A stretch of DNA of 64,000 bases from Clostridiales bacterium. GTDB taxonomy: Bacteria > Bacillota > Clostridia > Christensenellales > Pumilibacteraceae. Position numbers and translations under genes: made by a program. Below, piece by piece: positions 27,592 to 36,697 of the stretch. The notes below the pieces were generated by a model. It saw nothing but the letters and a program-made list of their open reading frames with translations. It searched no databases and had not been told where the DNA came from. The stretch's first letter is position 1; the number at the start of each line of letters is the position of its first letter. The DNA lies in NCBI GenBank assembly GCA_022508465.1, contig JAFLVB010000002.1:628-64627 (forward strand). The letters run 5' to 3'.

Positions 27592-28704
27592 TCAAATTAC
27601 AGAATTTTTTCCAATCACATACGGATTTGTAGGATGCCCGCTTAGCATTCGCGATTCGAGGATATGTGCGTTCTTATCGGTTATAACGCAGTTGAGGAAT
27701 GTCCCTTCGCCCACCTCGGTGTCTTGGAATAGTATGCTGTTTTTTACCACCGCGTCCTCAGCAACCTTTACCCCTCTAAAGAGTATGGAGTTTTCCACTC
27801 TGCCCTTAATCACGCACCCGTCCGCTATAATCGAGTTTTTGACCGACGAGGATGCCGCAAATCTGCACGGCGCGCTGTCACGCACCTTGGTGTAAATGTT
27901 AGCGCCGTCGTTATCAAACAGCATAGCGCACTTGTTGCGGTCGAGTAGTTCCATCGAATGGTGGTAGTAGTTTGCCACCGAATCTATGCTTGCAAAGTAC
28001 CCCGTATGCTCGTAGCCGTATATGCGATAGTCCCTTACACCTCTGCAAATGACGTCTCGGTCAAGGTTCCAAATATTAAGCTCCTCGCTATTATCGAGGA
28101 GTGAGCACAAAAATTCGCGACCCATTATATACATATACGTGCCTACGTTTTGTTCGCCCTTAAACTTATCGCTCTTGGCGGCGTCCGTAACAAGCCCGTC
28201 ATCATCTATCGTAAAGCAAATCTTGTTCTTTTCGTTACCGTCGCCAAGGTCCTTTTTGCGATAGATGACGGTAATGTCGCTCATTCTGTCCTCGTGGAAG
28301 GCGAGCGCCTTGCTAAAATCGAAGTTGCATACACAGTCGCCGTCGGCAAGCACTACATAGCGCTCGTCCGAGTTTTTTATAAAGCTTACAGAGTATTTTA
28401 ATGCCTCCCACCTCGTATTGTAAACCTTGTCGATACTGGGCGGCAAAATTCTGAGTCCGCCTATCTTGCGCGAGAGATCCCAAGACTTGCCGCTGCCCAC
28501 GTGCTGCATAAGCGATTGATAGTTGCTGCGCGTTATCACCCCTACGTTGTATATGCCGCTGTTTGCCATGTTTGACAGATTGAAATCTATAAGTCTGTAT
28601 CTGCCGCCAAACGGGACGCTCGCAAGAGTTCTGCCCGCCGTCAACGTACCTATCTGCTTTTCATTGATATTGCTAAAAATGACCCCCATTGCCTTATTAT
28701 TCAT
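27592..28704 (-). CDS. glgD: Glucose-1-phosphate adenylyltransferase, GlgD subunit
   Basis: Motif [22 protein letters not shown] without the catalytic GGxGxRL motif. It sits directly after glgC, as in Bacillus-type operons. Confidence 0.88.
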   Translation of the reverse strand: MNNKAMGVIFSNINEKQIGTLTAGRTLASVPFGGRYRLIDFNLSNMANSGIYNVGVITRSNYQSLMQHVGSGKSWDLSRKIGGLRILPPSIDKVYNTRWEALKYSVSFIKNSDERYVVLADGDCVCNFDFSKALAFHEDRMSDITVIYRKKDLGDGNEKNKICFTIDDDGLVTDAAKSDKFKGEQNVGTYMYIMGREFLCSLLDNSEELNIWNLDRDVICRGVRDYRIYGYEHTGYFASIDSVANYYHHSMELLDRNKCAMLFDNDGANIYTKVRDSAPCRFAASSSVKNSIIADGCVIKGRVENSILFRGVKVAEDAVVKNSILFQDTEVGEGTFLNCVITDKNAHILESRMLSGHPTNPYVIGKNSVI

Positions 28705-29884
28705 GATCCGCCTCCTGCTCTACTATGCGGCCGGACGATATTTCCGCCCCGCTTTCGATTTCCACGCCTCTGCCTATAAGCGCAATTTTATGCTTACTCG
28801 AATTATCGTCGCCAATCACCGCACCGTCGCCGATAGTTACGTCCTCGTCGACTATGGCATAGCTAAGCGACGCGTTTTCGCCTATAATAGTGCCCTTCAT
28901 GATAATACTGTTTTCGACTACGGCGCCCTTTGCCACCGTCACCTTTTCGCTAAGCACCGAGTTGATTACCGTGCCGTAAATTTCACAGCCCGACGTGACG
29001 AGCGAGTTTACCACTTCGCCCTCCTCGCCCACAAAGCAGGGTGGCAGCGCCTCATTGCGCGAGTAGATTTTAAAGCTTTGGTCGCTAAGGTCAAAGCGAG
29101 AGTCAAGCAGGTCCATATTCGCCTCCCACAACGACGTTACCGTGCCGACGTCCTTCCAGTATCCGTCAAACTGATAAGCGTACAGCCGGTATCCCTTTTT
29201 CAGCATAGTGGGTATGATATTTTTGCCAAAATCGTTGCTTGACAGCTCGTCCTTTTCGTCCTCTATCAGCTCCTCTTTTAACACATCTTTGCGGAAGATG
29301 TATACACCCATGCTCGCATGATTGCTTTTTGGGAAGGTCGGCTTTTCTTCAAACGAGGTGATAAGTTTATCCTCGTCATAGTCCATTATTCCAAAGCGGC
29401 TTGCCTCCTCCTTGGGTACGTCGATAACGGCTATCGTGCAGTCTGCCTTGCATCTTATATGCTCGCGCAAAAGGTCTGAGTAGTCCATCTTGTAAATATG
29501 GTCGCCGCTCAAAATAAGCACGTGTTCGCTGTCGTACTTGTCCAAAAAGTGCATATTCTGATAAATCGCATTAGCTGTCCCCTTGTACCACTCCCCGCCT
29601 TTTTTGGCTTGGTAGGGCGGCAAAACGTGAACACCGCCGTTGGCTCTATCGAGGTCCCACGGTTCGCCTCCGCCTATATACTCGTTGAGGATGAGCGGCT
29701 GGTACTGCGTTAGCACTCCCACCGTCGTTATGCCCGAATTACAGCAGTTGGACAGTGTAAAGTCTATAATGCGGTACTTGCCGCCAAACGAAACGGCAGG
29801 TTTAGCTACTTTGGACGTGAGCGAATACAGCCTCGTCCCCTGTCCGCCTGCAAGAAGCATAGCGATACATTTTTTCTTCTTCAT
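28697..29884 (-). CDS. glgC: Glucose-1-phosphate adenylyltransferase
   Basis: Motifs [13 protein letters not shown] and [20 protein letters not shown], plus a left-handed beta-helix C-terminus. Confidence 0.95.
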   Translation of the reverse strand: MKKKKCIAMLLAGGQGTRLYSLTSKVAKPAVSFGGKYRIIDFTLSNCCNSGITTVGVLTQYQPLILNEYIGGGEPWDLDRANGGVHVLPPYQAKKGGEWYKGTANAIYQNMHFLDKYDSEHVLILSGDHIYKMDYSDLLREHIRCKADCTIAVIDVPKEEASRFGIMDYDEDKLITSFEEKPTFPKSNHASMGVYIFRKDVLKEELIEDEKDELSSNDFGKNIIPTMLKKGYRLYAYQFDGYWKDVGTVTSLWEANMDLLDSRFDLSDQSFKIYSRNEALPPCFVGEEGEVVNSLVTSGCEIYGTVINSVLSEKVTVAKGAVVENSIIMKGTIIGENASLSYAIVDEDVTIGDGAVIGDDNSSKHKIALIGRGVEIESGAEISSGRIVEQEADHE

Positions 29885-31662
29885 AATTTCTTCTCCTTCG
29901 GACTGCGTAAAATTATAACGGCATAGCCGCCTATGCTTAAACTCATTCCTTTTGGTATATATTTAAGTTTAGTCTTTATATTCTCAAGGTTATCGTCAAG
30001 CAAAATTTTGTAATTTGTCCTTGACGTTTCTATATAATATCCGTCGTAACTTACGGGTGAAAAGTTAACTACTATCAAAATGCTCTCGCCCTTATATTTC
30101 CGCTCTATGGCAAAGATGTTGCGGTCCCTGTCATCGACGACCTTCCACCCAAACCCGTTCCAACTGTCGTCGGCATAAAAAGGCTTATACTTACAATATA
30201 TGTTATTGAGCTTTTTTACATACCCGTGTAGCATTTTGTGGCTGTCATAGCCCAGTAAATTCCAGCCTATTTCGCCTTTAAAATTCCACTCGTCAAACTG
30301 CCCAAGCTCCGTCCCCATAAACAAGAGTTTTTTGCCGGGGTGCGCGTACATCATTGCAAGATATGCTTTAACCGCACCGAACTTGTGCTCATAGCACCCG
30401 GCCGCCTTGTTTATAAGCGAACATTTGCCGTACACCACCTCGTCGTGAGATATGGGCAAAACGTACTTTTCGCTAAACGCATACATAAGCGAAAAGGTCA
30501 TCTTGTTATGCTCGTATCTGCGGAATATAGGGTCTGTCTTTAAATACGCCAAAGTGTCGTGCATCCACCCCATATTCCACTTAAAATCGAACCCCAGTCC
30601 GTTATTTTTATCCGTGACGCCCGCCCAAGTCGTCGATTCCTCGGCAACAGTAAACGCGCCCTTATGCGTATGCACGGCACTATTGAATTGCCGCAAAAAC
30701 TCTACCGCGTGCAAATTCTCCTTGCCACCGTACTCGTTGGGGATCCACTCGCTTCTGCCATAATCGAGGTAGAGCATGCTTGCCACCGCGTCTACGCGCA
30801 GCCCGTCTATATGATACTCTTTAAGCCACATCATTGCAGCCGAAATAAGAAAGCTCCTTACCTCGTTACGGGCGTAATCAAAGCAACACGTCCCCCACTC
30901 TTTGTGCTCGCCCATTGCGCCTTGCCGCTCATACAGTTCGCCACCGTCAAAGCGGAACAGGCCCTCTTCGTTGCGCGGGAAGTGTCCGGGCACCCAGTCA
31001 AGAATAACGCCTATATCAAAAGAGTGCAGCTTGTCTACAAGATATGCAAAGTCGCTGTTTTCGCCGTACCGACGCGTGGGCGAAAAGTAGCCCGTCACCT
31101 GATACCCCCAAGAGTCGTCAAACGGATACTCGCTTATGCCCATAAGCTCTATATGCGTGTACCCCATATCCTTTAAGTACGGCGCTATTTGGTCTGCGAA
31201 CTGACGATAGCTTAAGCCTTTTTTCCAAGAGCCGATATGTGCCTCGTAAATGTTCATTGGGCTTGTAAAAATGTTACGTCTATTCCTGCGTTTAAGATAC
31301 TCGCCGTCCGTCCAATCAAACTTATGCTCGGACACTATGCTGTTTGTAAACTCGCGAGTATTTGTTTGCTTGGCATACGGGTCGGACTTATAATGCTTGC
31401 CGGCACTCGAATATATAACAAACTTATACTCCTGCCCTTTTTTGATGCCTGTTTTACACAGCTCCCATATACCGTTCTTTGTTATCCTAAAAAGTTCTTC
31501 TTCCGTCCAGTCGTTAAAGTCGCCGATGATTGCGACCTTGCTTGCAGACGGAGCCCATACCCTAAAAATCGTATTTTGCTCATGCCAAATACAACCCATA
31601 TAGTTATATGCGTCGTAGAGCGTCCCTTGATGAAACAAATATTCATACTCTTTGTCAGTCAT
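29881..31662 (-). CDS. glgB: 1,4-alpha-glucan branching enzyme
   Basis: GH13_9 motifs [31 protein letters not shown] and ISHDEVV. Length 593 aa. Confidence 0.95.
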   Translation of the reverse strand: MTDKEYEYLFHQGTLYDAYNYMGCIWHEQNTIFRVWAPSASKVAIIGDFNDWTEEELFRITKNGIWELCKTGIKKGQEYKFVIYSSAGKHYKSDPYAKQTNTREFTNSIVSEHKFDWTDGEYLKRRNRRNIFTSPMNIYEAHIGSWKKGLSYRQFADQIAPYLKDMGYTHIELMGISEYPFDDSWGYQVTGYFSPTRRYGENSDFAYLVDKLHSFDIGVILDWVPGHFPRNEEGLFRFDGGELYERQGAMGEHKEWGTCCFDYARNEVRSFLISAAMMWLKEYHIDGLRVDAVASMLYLDYGRSEWIPNEYGGKENLHAVEFLRQFNSAVHTHKGAFTVAEESTTWAGVTDKNNGLGFDFKWNMGWMHDTLAYLKTDPIFRRYEHNKMTFSLMYAFSEKYVLPISHDEVVYGKCSLINKAAGCYEHKFGAVKAYLAMMYAHPGKKLLFMGTELGQFDEWNFKGEIGWNLLGYDSHKMLHGYVKKLNNIYCKYKPFYADDSWNGFGWKVVDDRDRNIFAIERKYKGESILIVVNFSPVSYDGYYIETSRTNYKILLDDNLENIKTKLKYIPKGMSLSIGGYAVIILRSPKEKKL

Positions 31663-31669
31663 CTTTACT

Positions 31670-31698
31670 ATTGTACCACATTATTTGTCACTATGCAA
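31670..31698 (-). promoter_or_regulatory. Candidate promoter of the glg operon, positioned for a leaderless transcript
   Basis: On the minus strand: TTGCAT (31693-31698), 17 nt, TGgTACAAT (-10 at 31670-31675). Only 7 nt (AGTAAAG) follow before ATG 31662. Confidence 0.45.
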
Positions 31699-31741
31699 TG
31701 CTTTTTCTAACAAATTTTGTAATAAAGTTTTAATATAGGAG

Positions 31742-31771
31742 TGTAAACCTTTGCCACGCAAATGGTTGACA
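31742..31771 (+). promoter_or_regulatory. BirA operator (inverted repeat)
   Basis: TGTAAACC-N14-GGTTGACA, 7 of 8 palindromic. It overlaps the -35 box of the birA-bioY promoter. Confidence 0.7.
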
Positions 31772-31794
31772 ATTTGACATATCCCTGTTATATT
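31766..31794 (+). promoter_or_regulatory. Promoter of birA-bioY-DUF1284
   Basis: TTGACA (31766-31771), 17-nt spacer, TATATT (31789-31794). It lies 19 nt upstream of ATG 31813. Confidence 0.6.
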
Positions 31795-31812
31795 ATATGT
31801 CGGAGGGATCAG

Positions 31813-32772
31813 ATGAATACAAAAGATCAGCTAATATCTCTTTTTGAAAACAATAAAGGCGAATATCTGTCGGGCGAGGCCATTGCCGAAAAGCTAACTA
31901 TATCAAGAGCGGCTGTTTGGAAGGCTGTACAGTCCTTGCGTAGTGAAGGATATAACATCTGTGCCGTGCCAAACAAGGGGTACAGCCTCTCACTCGAGAC
32001 CGACATCGTCTCGCCGCAAGGGATAGCTAAATATTTGAATGTACCGGTAAAAATAGAGGTTTATCCCACACTTAGCTCCACCAACACGACCGCGCGTGAA
32101 AAGGCGATTCAAGGTGGGCCCGAGTGCGTTGTTATCGCTAATTCGCAAACGGGCGGCAAAGGCAGAAACGGACATACTTTTTACGCGCCAAGTGACACCG
32201 GGCTGTATATGAGCATATTACTCCGACCGCATAACTACCCCGCTTATCGGGCTGTGAAACTTACGACAATAGCCGCCGTTGCAACCTGCGAGGCGATTGA
32301 GGCAATCTCGGACGTGCATGCCGAAATCAAATGGGTAAACGATATTTTCGTAAATGGAAAAAAGGTATGCGGCATACTCACGGAGGCGGGGATAGGCGTA
32401 GAAAACGGCTTTTTGGAGTACGCCGTCGTAGGTATAGGAATCAACCTATCGCCGCCTAAAGGTGGCTTCCCCGACGATATAAAGGATATTGCGGGGACGA
32501 TATTCGATGGACCTCAAAGCGACGGCAAAAACAGGCTTGCCGCCGAGGTGCTAAATCGCTTTTTGTCTTATTACGAGCATGGCAGCACCGACTATGTAGA
32601 CAGTTATCGCCGCCGTAGTCTTGTAATAGGCAAAGAGATAAACGTTATTAAGCCGGATAGTATAGTTAAGGCAATCGCTCTCGACGTAGACGACGACTGC
32701 CACCTTATTGTGCGATATGGGGATGGGAAAACGGAAAGTTTGTCCTCGGGCGAAATTAGCGTCAAGCTGTAA
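31813..32772 (+). CDS. birA: Bifunctional biotin--[acetyl-CoA-carboxylase] ligase / biotin operon repressor
   Basis: N-terminal wHTH (LSGEAIAEKLTISRAAVWKAVQSLRSEGYNI) and ligase motif QTGGKGRNGHTFY. Start is ATG 31813 after GGAGGG; the track extension from 31762 was rejected. Confidence 0.92.
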   Translation: MNTKDQLISLFENNKGEYLSGEAIAEKLTISRAAVWKAVQSLRSEGYNICAVPNKGYSLSLETDIVSPQGIAKYLNVPVKIEVYPTLSSTNTTAREKAIQGGPECVVIANSQTGGKGRNGHTFYAPSDTGLYMSILLRPHNYPAYRAVKLTTIAAVATCEAIEAISDVHAEIKWVNDIFVNGKKVCGILTEAGIGVENGFLEYAVVGIGINLSPPKGGFPDDIKDIAGTIFDGPQSDGKNRLAAEVLNRFLSYYEHGSTDYVDSYRRRSLVIGKEINVIKPDSIVKAIALDVDDDCHLIVRYGDGKTESLSSGEISVKL

Positions 32773-32783
32773 AGGAGTAAGCT

Positions 32784-33323
32784 ATGTCTACTAAAACGAA
32801 AACTTTGGACTTAGTGTATATCGCAATGTTTGCGGTAATAATAACGATATGCTCGTGGATAGCAATACCTACAACCATTCCGTTTACGCTTCAAACATTC
32901 GGCGTGTTTTTGACGTTAGGTATGCTGGGCGGCAAAAGAGGAACTTTTTCTGTATTCATCTATATTCTACTCGGAGTAATCGGGATACCTGTCTTTGCAG
33001 AGTTTACAGGCGGGCTGGGCATTGTTTTAGGCCCGTCCGGCGGATACATAATAGGATTTTTATTTACCGCACTTGTGATGTGGGGTATGGAAAAGATTGG
33101 CGACAAGAAATGGGTACTGCCGCTATCTATGGTCATTGGGCTTATAGTATGCTATGCTTTTGGTACTGTTTGGTTTATGATAGTGTATTCAAAAACGACC
33201 GAGGCAATAGGCTTATGGACGGCACTTATGTGGTGCGTTATTCCGTTTATACTCCCCGACGCTATAAAAATTTCTCTCGCAGTTATTCTATGTAACCGAC
33301 TAAAGAAGGTAATCAAAAAATGA
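32784..33323 (+). CDS. bioY: Biotin transporter BioY (ECF S-component)
   Basis: Six-TM, 179-aa protein with IPFTLQTFGVFL and GPSGGYIIGF motifs. It lies directly after birA. Confidence 0.9.
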   Translation: MSTKTKTLDLVYIAMFAVIITICSWIAIPTTIPFTLQTFGVFLTLGMLGGKRGTFSVFIYILLGVIGIPVFAEFTGGLGIVLGPSGGYIIGFLFTALVMWGMEKIGDKKWVLPLSMVIGLIVCYAFGTVWFMIVYSKTTEAIGLWTALMWCVIPFILPDAIKISLAVILCNRLKKVIKK

Positions 33324-33694
33324 AAGAACCTATTAAATTACGCGCACATCACGGCATGTGCCTAAGGTATTTTGTCGGCAAAGGGTACAGTAACGACTTT
33401 GTCAAAAACATGCTTAACATTAAAGAAGAGCTAAAAACTAACCCACGGGTGCTTATTACTGCATCGCCCGATGTCATTTGCAAGTTTTGTCCAGGTAATG
33501 TCGGCGGCATTTGCGATAGTCAAGACAAGGTTGATTTTTACGACAAAGCGGTTTTATCTATGTGCAATATCTCGGACGGAACTGTCATGCAATATCTCGA
33601 CTTTGAGAACTTAGTCCATAAAAATATCCTATCGCAAGGTAGGCGCAAGGAAATTTGCAGGGGCTGTGAGTGGGATGAGCTTTGCAATGATTAA
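33320..33694 (+). CDS. DUF1284-like Cys-rich protein (124 aa)
   Basis: N-terminus LRAHHGMCLRYFVGKGYS, plus CKFCPGNVGGIC and CRGCEWDELC. ATGA overlap with the bioY stop suggests translational coupling. Family assignment is from memory. Confidence 0.55.
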   Translation: MKEPIKLRAHHGMCLRYFVGKGYSNDFVKNMLNIKEELKTNPRVLITASPDVICKFCPGNVGGICDSQDKVDFYDKAVLSMCNISDGTVMQYLDFENLVHKNILSQGRRKEICRGCEWDELCND

Positions 33695-33718
33695 GTATAG
33701 ATAACCATATAAAAAATC

Positions 33719-33745
33719 AGGGGTAGGATTTTTAATCCTGCCCCT
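33719..33745. terminator. Bidirectional terminator hairpin
   Basis: AGGGGTAGGATT-TTT-AATCCTGCCCCT lies between convergent genes, flanked by an A-run and a T-rich stretch. Confidence 0.6.
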
Positions 33746-33758
33746 ATTTACATAAAAC

Positions 33759-34025
33759 TTATTGCATATCGATTTTTAAATTATTTTCATTGTTTTCGTT
33801 TTCTAAGAAATTGATTATCTTTACTAAATAGTTCCTAATAAATAAGAACAGGACAAACTCGACTATTCCAATCGAAGCAACAATTAAACCAAGCCAAAAA
33901 ATAGCACCATAAACTATACAAAAAACAATTCCGATAATCAACCATATTACAGAAGTAATAGGCATAGCTACTTTTAGCATTTTCAAAAAGGATTTACATT
34001 GTTCTAACAAACTAAAATTTTTCAT
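33759..34025 (-). CDS. Small membrane protein of unknown function (88 aa), AT-rich
   Basis: Two hydrophobic helices (MPITSVIWLIIGIVFCIVYGAIFWLGLIVASIGIVEFVLFLFI). No strong SD was checked. Composition is much more AT-rich than the neighbours. Confidence 0.45.
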   Translation of the reverse strand: MKNFSLLEQCKSFLKMLKVAMPITSVIWLIIGIVFCIVYGAIFWLGLIVASIGIVEFVLFLFIRNYLVKIINFLENENNENNLKIDMQ

Positions 34026-34103
34026 TTAATCCTCTTTAACAAATAAATTTTATCCAATGTTAGTAAAGCGGCAATTAAATTATTACATGCTAATAGGCGT
34101 TCT

Positions 34104-35528
34104 TCATGGTCTCATTAAGTCGGACAACGACTCGGATATCGATTTTTTACCTTGCCTGCCGTATTGATCTACCTGAGCTTTATTTTTAGCGCCGTGCGAT
34201 AAACATCCCGCACCGCCTATGCAGCCGCCGTCGCATGCCATGCCCTCTATAAAGTTGGCACTGAGCATATCCCTGCTCTTTCTGGCAAGTGCGGCACGGC
34301 ACTCCTCTATGCCGTTACAAACACACGCATTAAGCTTAAAGTCGCTACCATGTTCCATAAGCCCTTGCTCGACCGCACCCGCAACGCCGCCGCTGCCCGC
34401 AAAATTTCTGCCGTAGTACGATGCACTCTCTATCGTCTCTTCCTCGAGCGTGGAGATGTCTATGTCGCGACTGTCAAACAAGGCTTGAAGCTCCTCATAC
34501 GTCAGTACAGAATCGACATAGGGCTTTACGGTATCGAGCTGAATTTCGGCTTTTTTGGCGGTACACGGTCCTATAAACACCACTTTGGCGCTATCATTCT
34601 TATCCTTAAGATATTTGGCTATTGTCGCCATTGGGGACAGATTGCTCGACACATACGGCAATAACTCGGGATATGCCGACTTAATATACTTTACAAATGC
34701 CGGACAGCACGAAGAAGTCAAAAAGCCCTTTTCGGCAAGCTCCTCAGCCTCACTCTGCGCGACCATATCCGCACCAAGCGCTACCTCTACCACCTCACTA
34801 AACCCGAGTTTTTTAAGTCCGGATATCACCTGACCGAGCTTGGCATATGTAAATTGTCCGTAGATAGACGGAGCTATAACCGCATACAGCTTGTGCTCGC
34901 CGCGCAAACTCTTTTTGAGCATATCAATGACGTTAAGAATAAACGACTTATCCATAATAGCGCCAAACGGGCATTGATAAATACACGCTCCGCACGCAAT
35001 ACACTTGTCGGCATCAATAGACGCTATGTTTTCCTCATTGATGGAAATCGCCTTGATCTTGCAAGCGTTTTGGCAAGGGCGCTTGCGATTGACGATAGCG
35101 GAAAACGGGCATACGCTTGCGCATTTGCCGCATTCTATGCACTTGGTTTTGTCTATATGGGCAGCGTGAGCGTAGTCAAAGGAAATCGCCCCCGACTTAC
35201 AAACACTCTCGCAGCGGTGCGCAAGACAGCCTCTGCACGAAGCGGTGACATCATAGCCTGCCGCGGGACACTCATCGCACGCGATACTGATAACTTCAAT
35301 AACATTGTGGTTATCCTTGTTGCCGCCCATAGCGAGTTTGACACGCTTGGTCAAAATTGCGCGTTCTTTATAGACGCAGCAACGCATGGTGGGAACTTTG
35401 CTCGGGTGGATGATCTTGGGGATATCCAACAGATTTTCGAGCAGAGTATCGTTCCAAGCCTGCTTTGCCACTTCGCGCAGCACTCTGTATTTTAAATTTT
35501 CGACATATGTATCAAATTCTCTCGTCAT
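34104..35528 (-). CDS. [FeFe]-hydrogenase-like protein with N-terminal ferredoxin-type clusters (474 aa)
   Basis: H-cluster motifs TSSCCPAF, GPCTAKKAE and EGMACDGGCIGGAGC. Two CxxCxxCxxxCP motifs upstream. SD AGAGGAG present. Confidence 0.85.
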   Translation of the reverse strand: MTREFDTYVENLKYRVLREVAKQAWNDTLLENLLDIPKIIHPSKVPTMRCCVYKERAILTKRVKLAMGGNKDNHNVIEVISIACDECPAAGYDVTASCRGCLAHRCESVCKSGAISFDYAHAAHIDKTKCIECGKCASVCPFSAIVNRKRPCQNACKIKAISINEENIASIDADKCIACGACIYQCPFGAIMDKSFILNVIDMLKKSLRGEHKLYAVIAPSIYGQFTYAKLGQVISGLKKLGFSEVVEVALGADMVAQSEAEELAEKGFLTSSCCPAFVKYIKSAYPELLPYVSSNLSPMATIAKYLKDKNDSAKVVFIGPCTAKKAEIQLDTVKPYVDSVLTYEELQALFDSRDIDISTLEEETIESASYYGRNFAGSGGVAGAVEQGLMEHGSDFKLNACVCNGIEECRAALARKSRDMLSANFIEGMACDGGCIGGAGCLSHGAKNKAQVDQYGRQGKKSISESLSDLMRP

Positions 35529-35540
35529 TATAACTCCTCT

Positions 35541-35645
35541 TACTTTTTTTGTAAAAAAGTAAGCAAAAAACTTTTAAAGATATAGGTTTGAGCTGTAGCC
35601 CGAAAAGCAGGCTTGCCTGCCAAAAAACTTTTAAGGGAATATGTT
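35541..35645. repeat. Intergenic repeat element, single copy of the family also found at 61829-62130
   Basis: TACTTTTTTTGTAAAAAAGTAAGCAAAAAACTTTTAA ... GAGCTGTAGCCC ... GCAGGCTTGCCTGCC. The first 36 nt are near-identical to the copy at 62051, differing only by one extra T in the T-run. Confidence 0.8.
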
Positions 35646-35782
35646 TATAGTTCAAAATGCAAACTTGTTTGCTTTGCAATTATATTCTAACATAAAATAA
35701 AAAAAATTTCAACAAGAAATTACAGGAAATCTCGACATAAAATTTTATATACAAAAATGATTATAATAATCAATCTTTTTTA

Positions 35783-35811
35783 TTGCTTTTTAACTTATTA
35801 ACTGATATAAT
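35783..35811 (+). promoter_or_regulatory. Promoter of DUF3737-patB
   Basis: TTGCTT (35783-35788), 17 nt, TATAAT (35806-35811). It lies 34 nt upstream of ATG 35846. Confidence 0.55.
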
Positions 35812-35845
35812 TGTTACAGAAAACCCTAAAGAAGGAGCAATAGAA

Positions 35846-36697
35846 ATGAAAGAGATTAAAAGACAATTTTTGACGGGCGAGCGCAGCCTCTTTTGCGGTA
35901 AAGACCTCTATATTGAGGACTCAATCTTCGCAGACGGAGAATCTCCGCTTAAAGAAGCAAGCGACATTACACTTGAAAACTGTATGTTTAAGTGGAAGTA
36001 TCCCCTTTGGTACTGCAAGAATGTCAAAGTAAACAACAGTTACTGGTTTGAAATGGCACGCTCCGGTATTTGGTACACCGACAATATCAGCATGACCAAC
36101 ACCGTTGTCGAAGCTCCCAAAAATTTTAGACGTGCAAGCAATATTTATCTCGAAAACGTAAACTTTGTTAACGCTGCCGAAATGCTTTGGTCGTGCCGCG
36201 ACATCAAAATCAAAAACGTGACCGCTAAGGGCGACTACTTTGGTATGAACAGCGAAAACGTCGATATCGACGGGCTCACCCTTGTGGGCAACTATATGCT
36301 TGACGGCGCTAAAAATATCACCGTTCGTAACAGTAAATTGATGTCTAAGGACGCATTCTGGAATGTAGAAAACGCCACCGTTTACGACTCTGTAATACTC
36401 GGCGAGTATCTCGGCTGGAACTCCAAAAATCTTACATTCATCAATTGCACAATCGAGAGCTTACAAGGCCTGTGCTACATAGACAACCTTGTTATGAAGA
36501 ACTGCAAGCTTATAAACACTACCCTTGCATTTGAATATTGCTCTGATATAGACGCCGAAATCGTAGGCAAGATTGACAGCGTACTCAACCCTACAAGCGG
36601 CACAATCACCGCCGATCACATCGACGAGCTTATCATTCAAAAAGACAAGGTCGATCCGAGTAAAACTCGCATCATTTGTAAGAATGGGGATAAATAA
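35846..36697 (+). CDS. DUF3737-like beta-helix protein (283 aa)
   Basis: GERSLFCGKDLYIEDSIFADGESPLKEASDITLENCMFKWKYPLWY and repeated N..V/I turns. Start is ATG 35846 after GAAGGAG. Family assignment is from memory. Confidence 0.6.
   Translation: MKEIKRQFLTGERSLFCGKDLYIEDSIFADGESPLKEASDITLENCMFKWKYPLWYCKNVKVNNSYWFEMARSGIWYTDNISMTNTVVEAPKNFRRASNIYLENVNFVNAAEMLWSCRDIKIKNVTAKGDYFGMNSENVDIDGLTLVGNYMLDGAKNITVRNSKLMSKDAFWNVENATVYDSVILGEYLGWNSKNLTFINCTIESLQGLCYIDNLVMKNCKLINTTLAFEYCSDIDAEIVGKIDSVLNPTSGTITADHIDELIIQKDKVDPSKTRIICKNGDK

Noticed and set aside
35527-35555. Promoter-like TTTACA-17-TATAAT on the minus strand inside the AT hairpin upstream of the hydrogenase gene.
   Set aside because: The -10 hexamer overlaps the ATG itself (TATAATG), so transcription would start inside the coding region and downstream of a good SD. 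This is probably a coincidence of AT-rich sequence.
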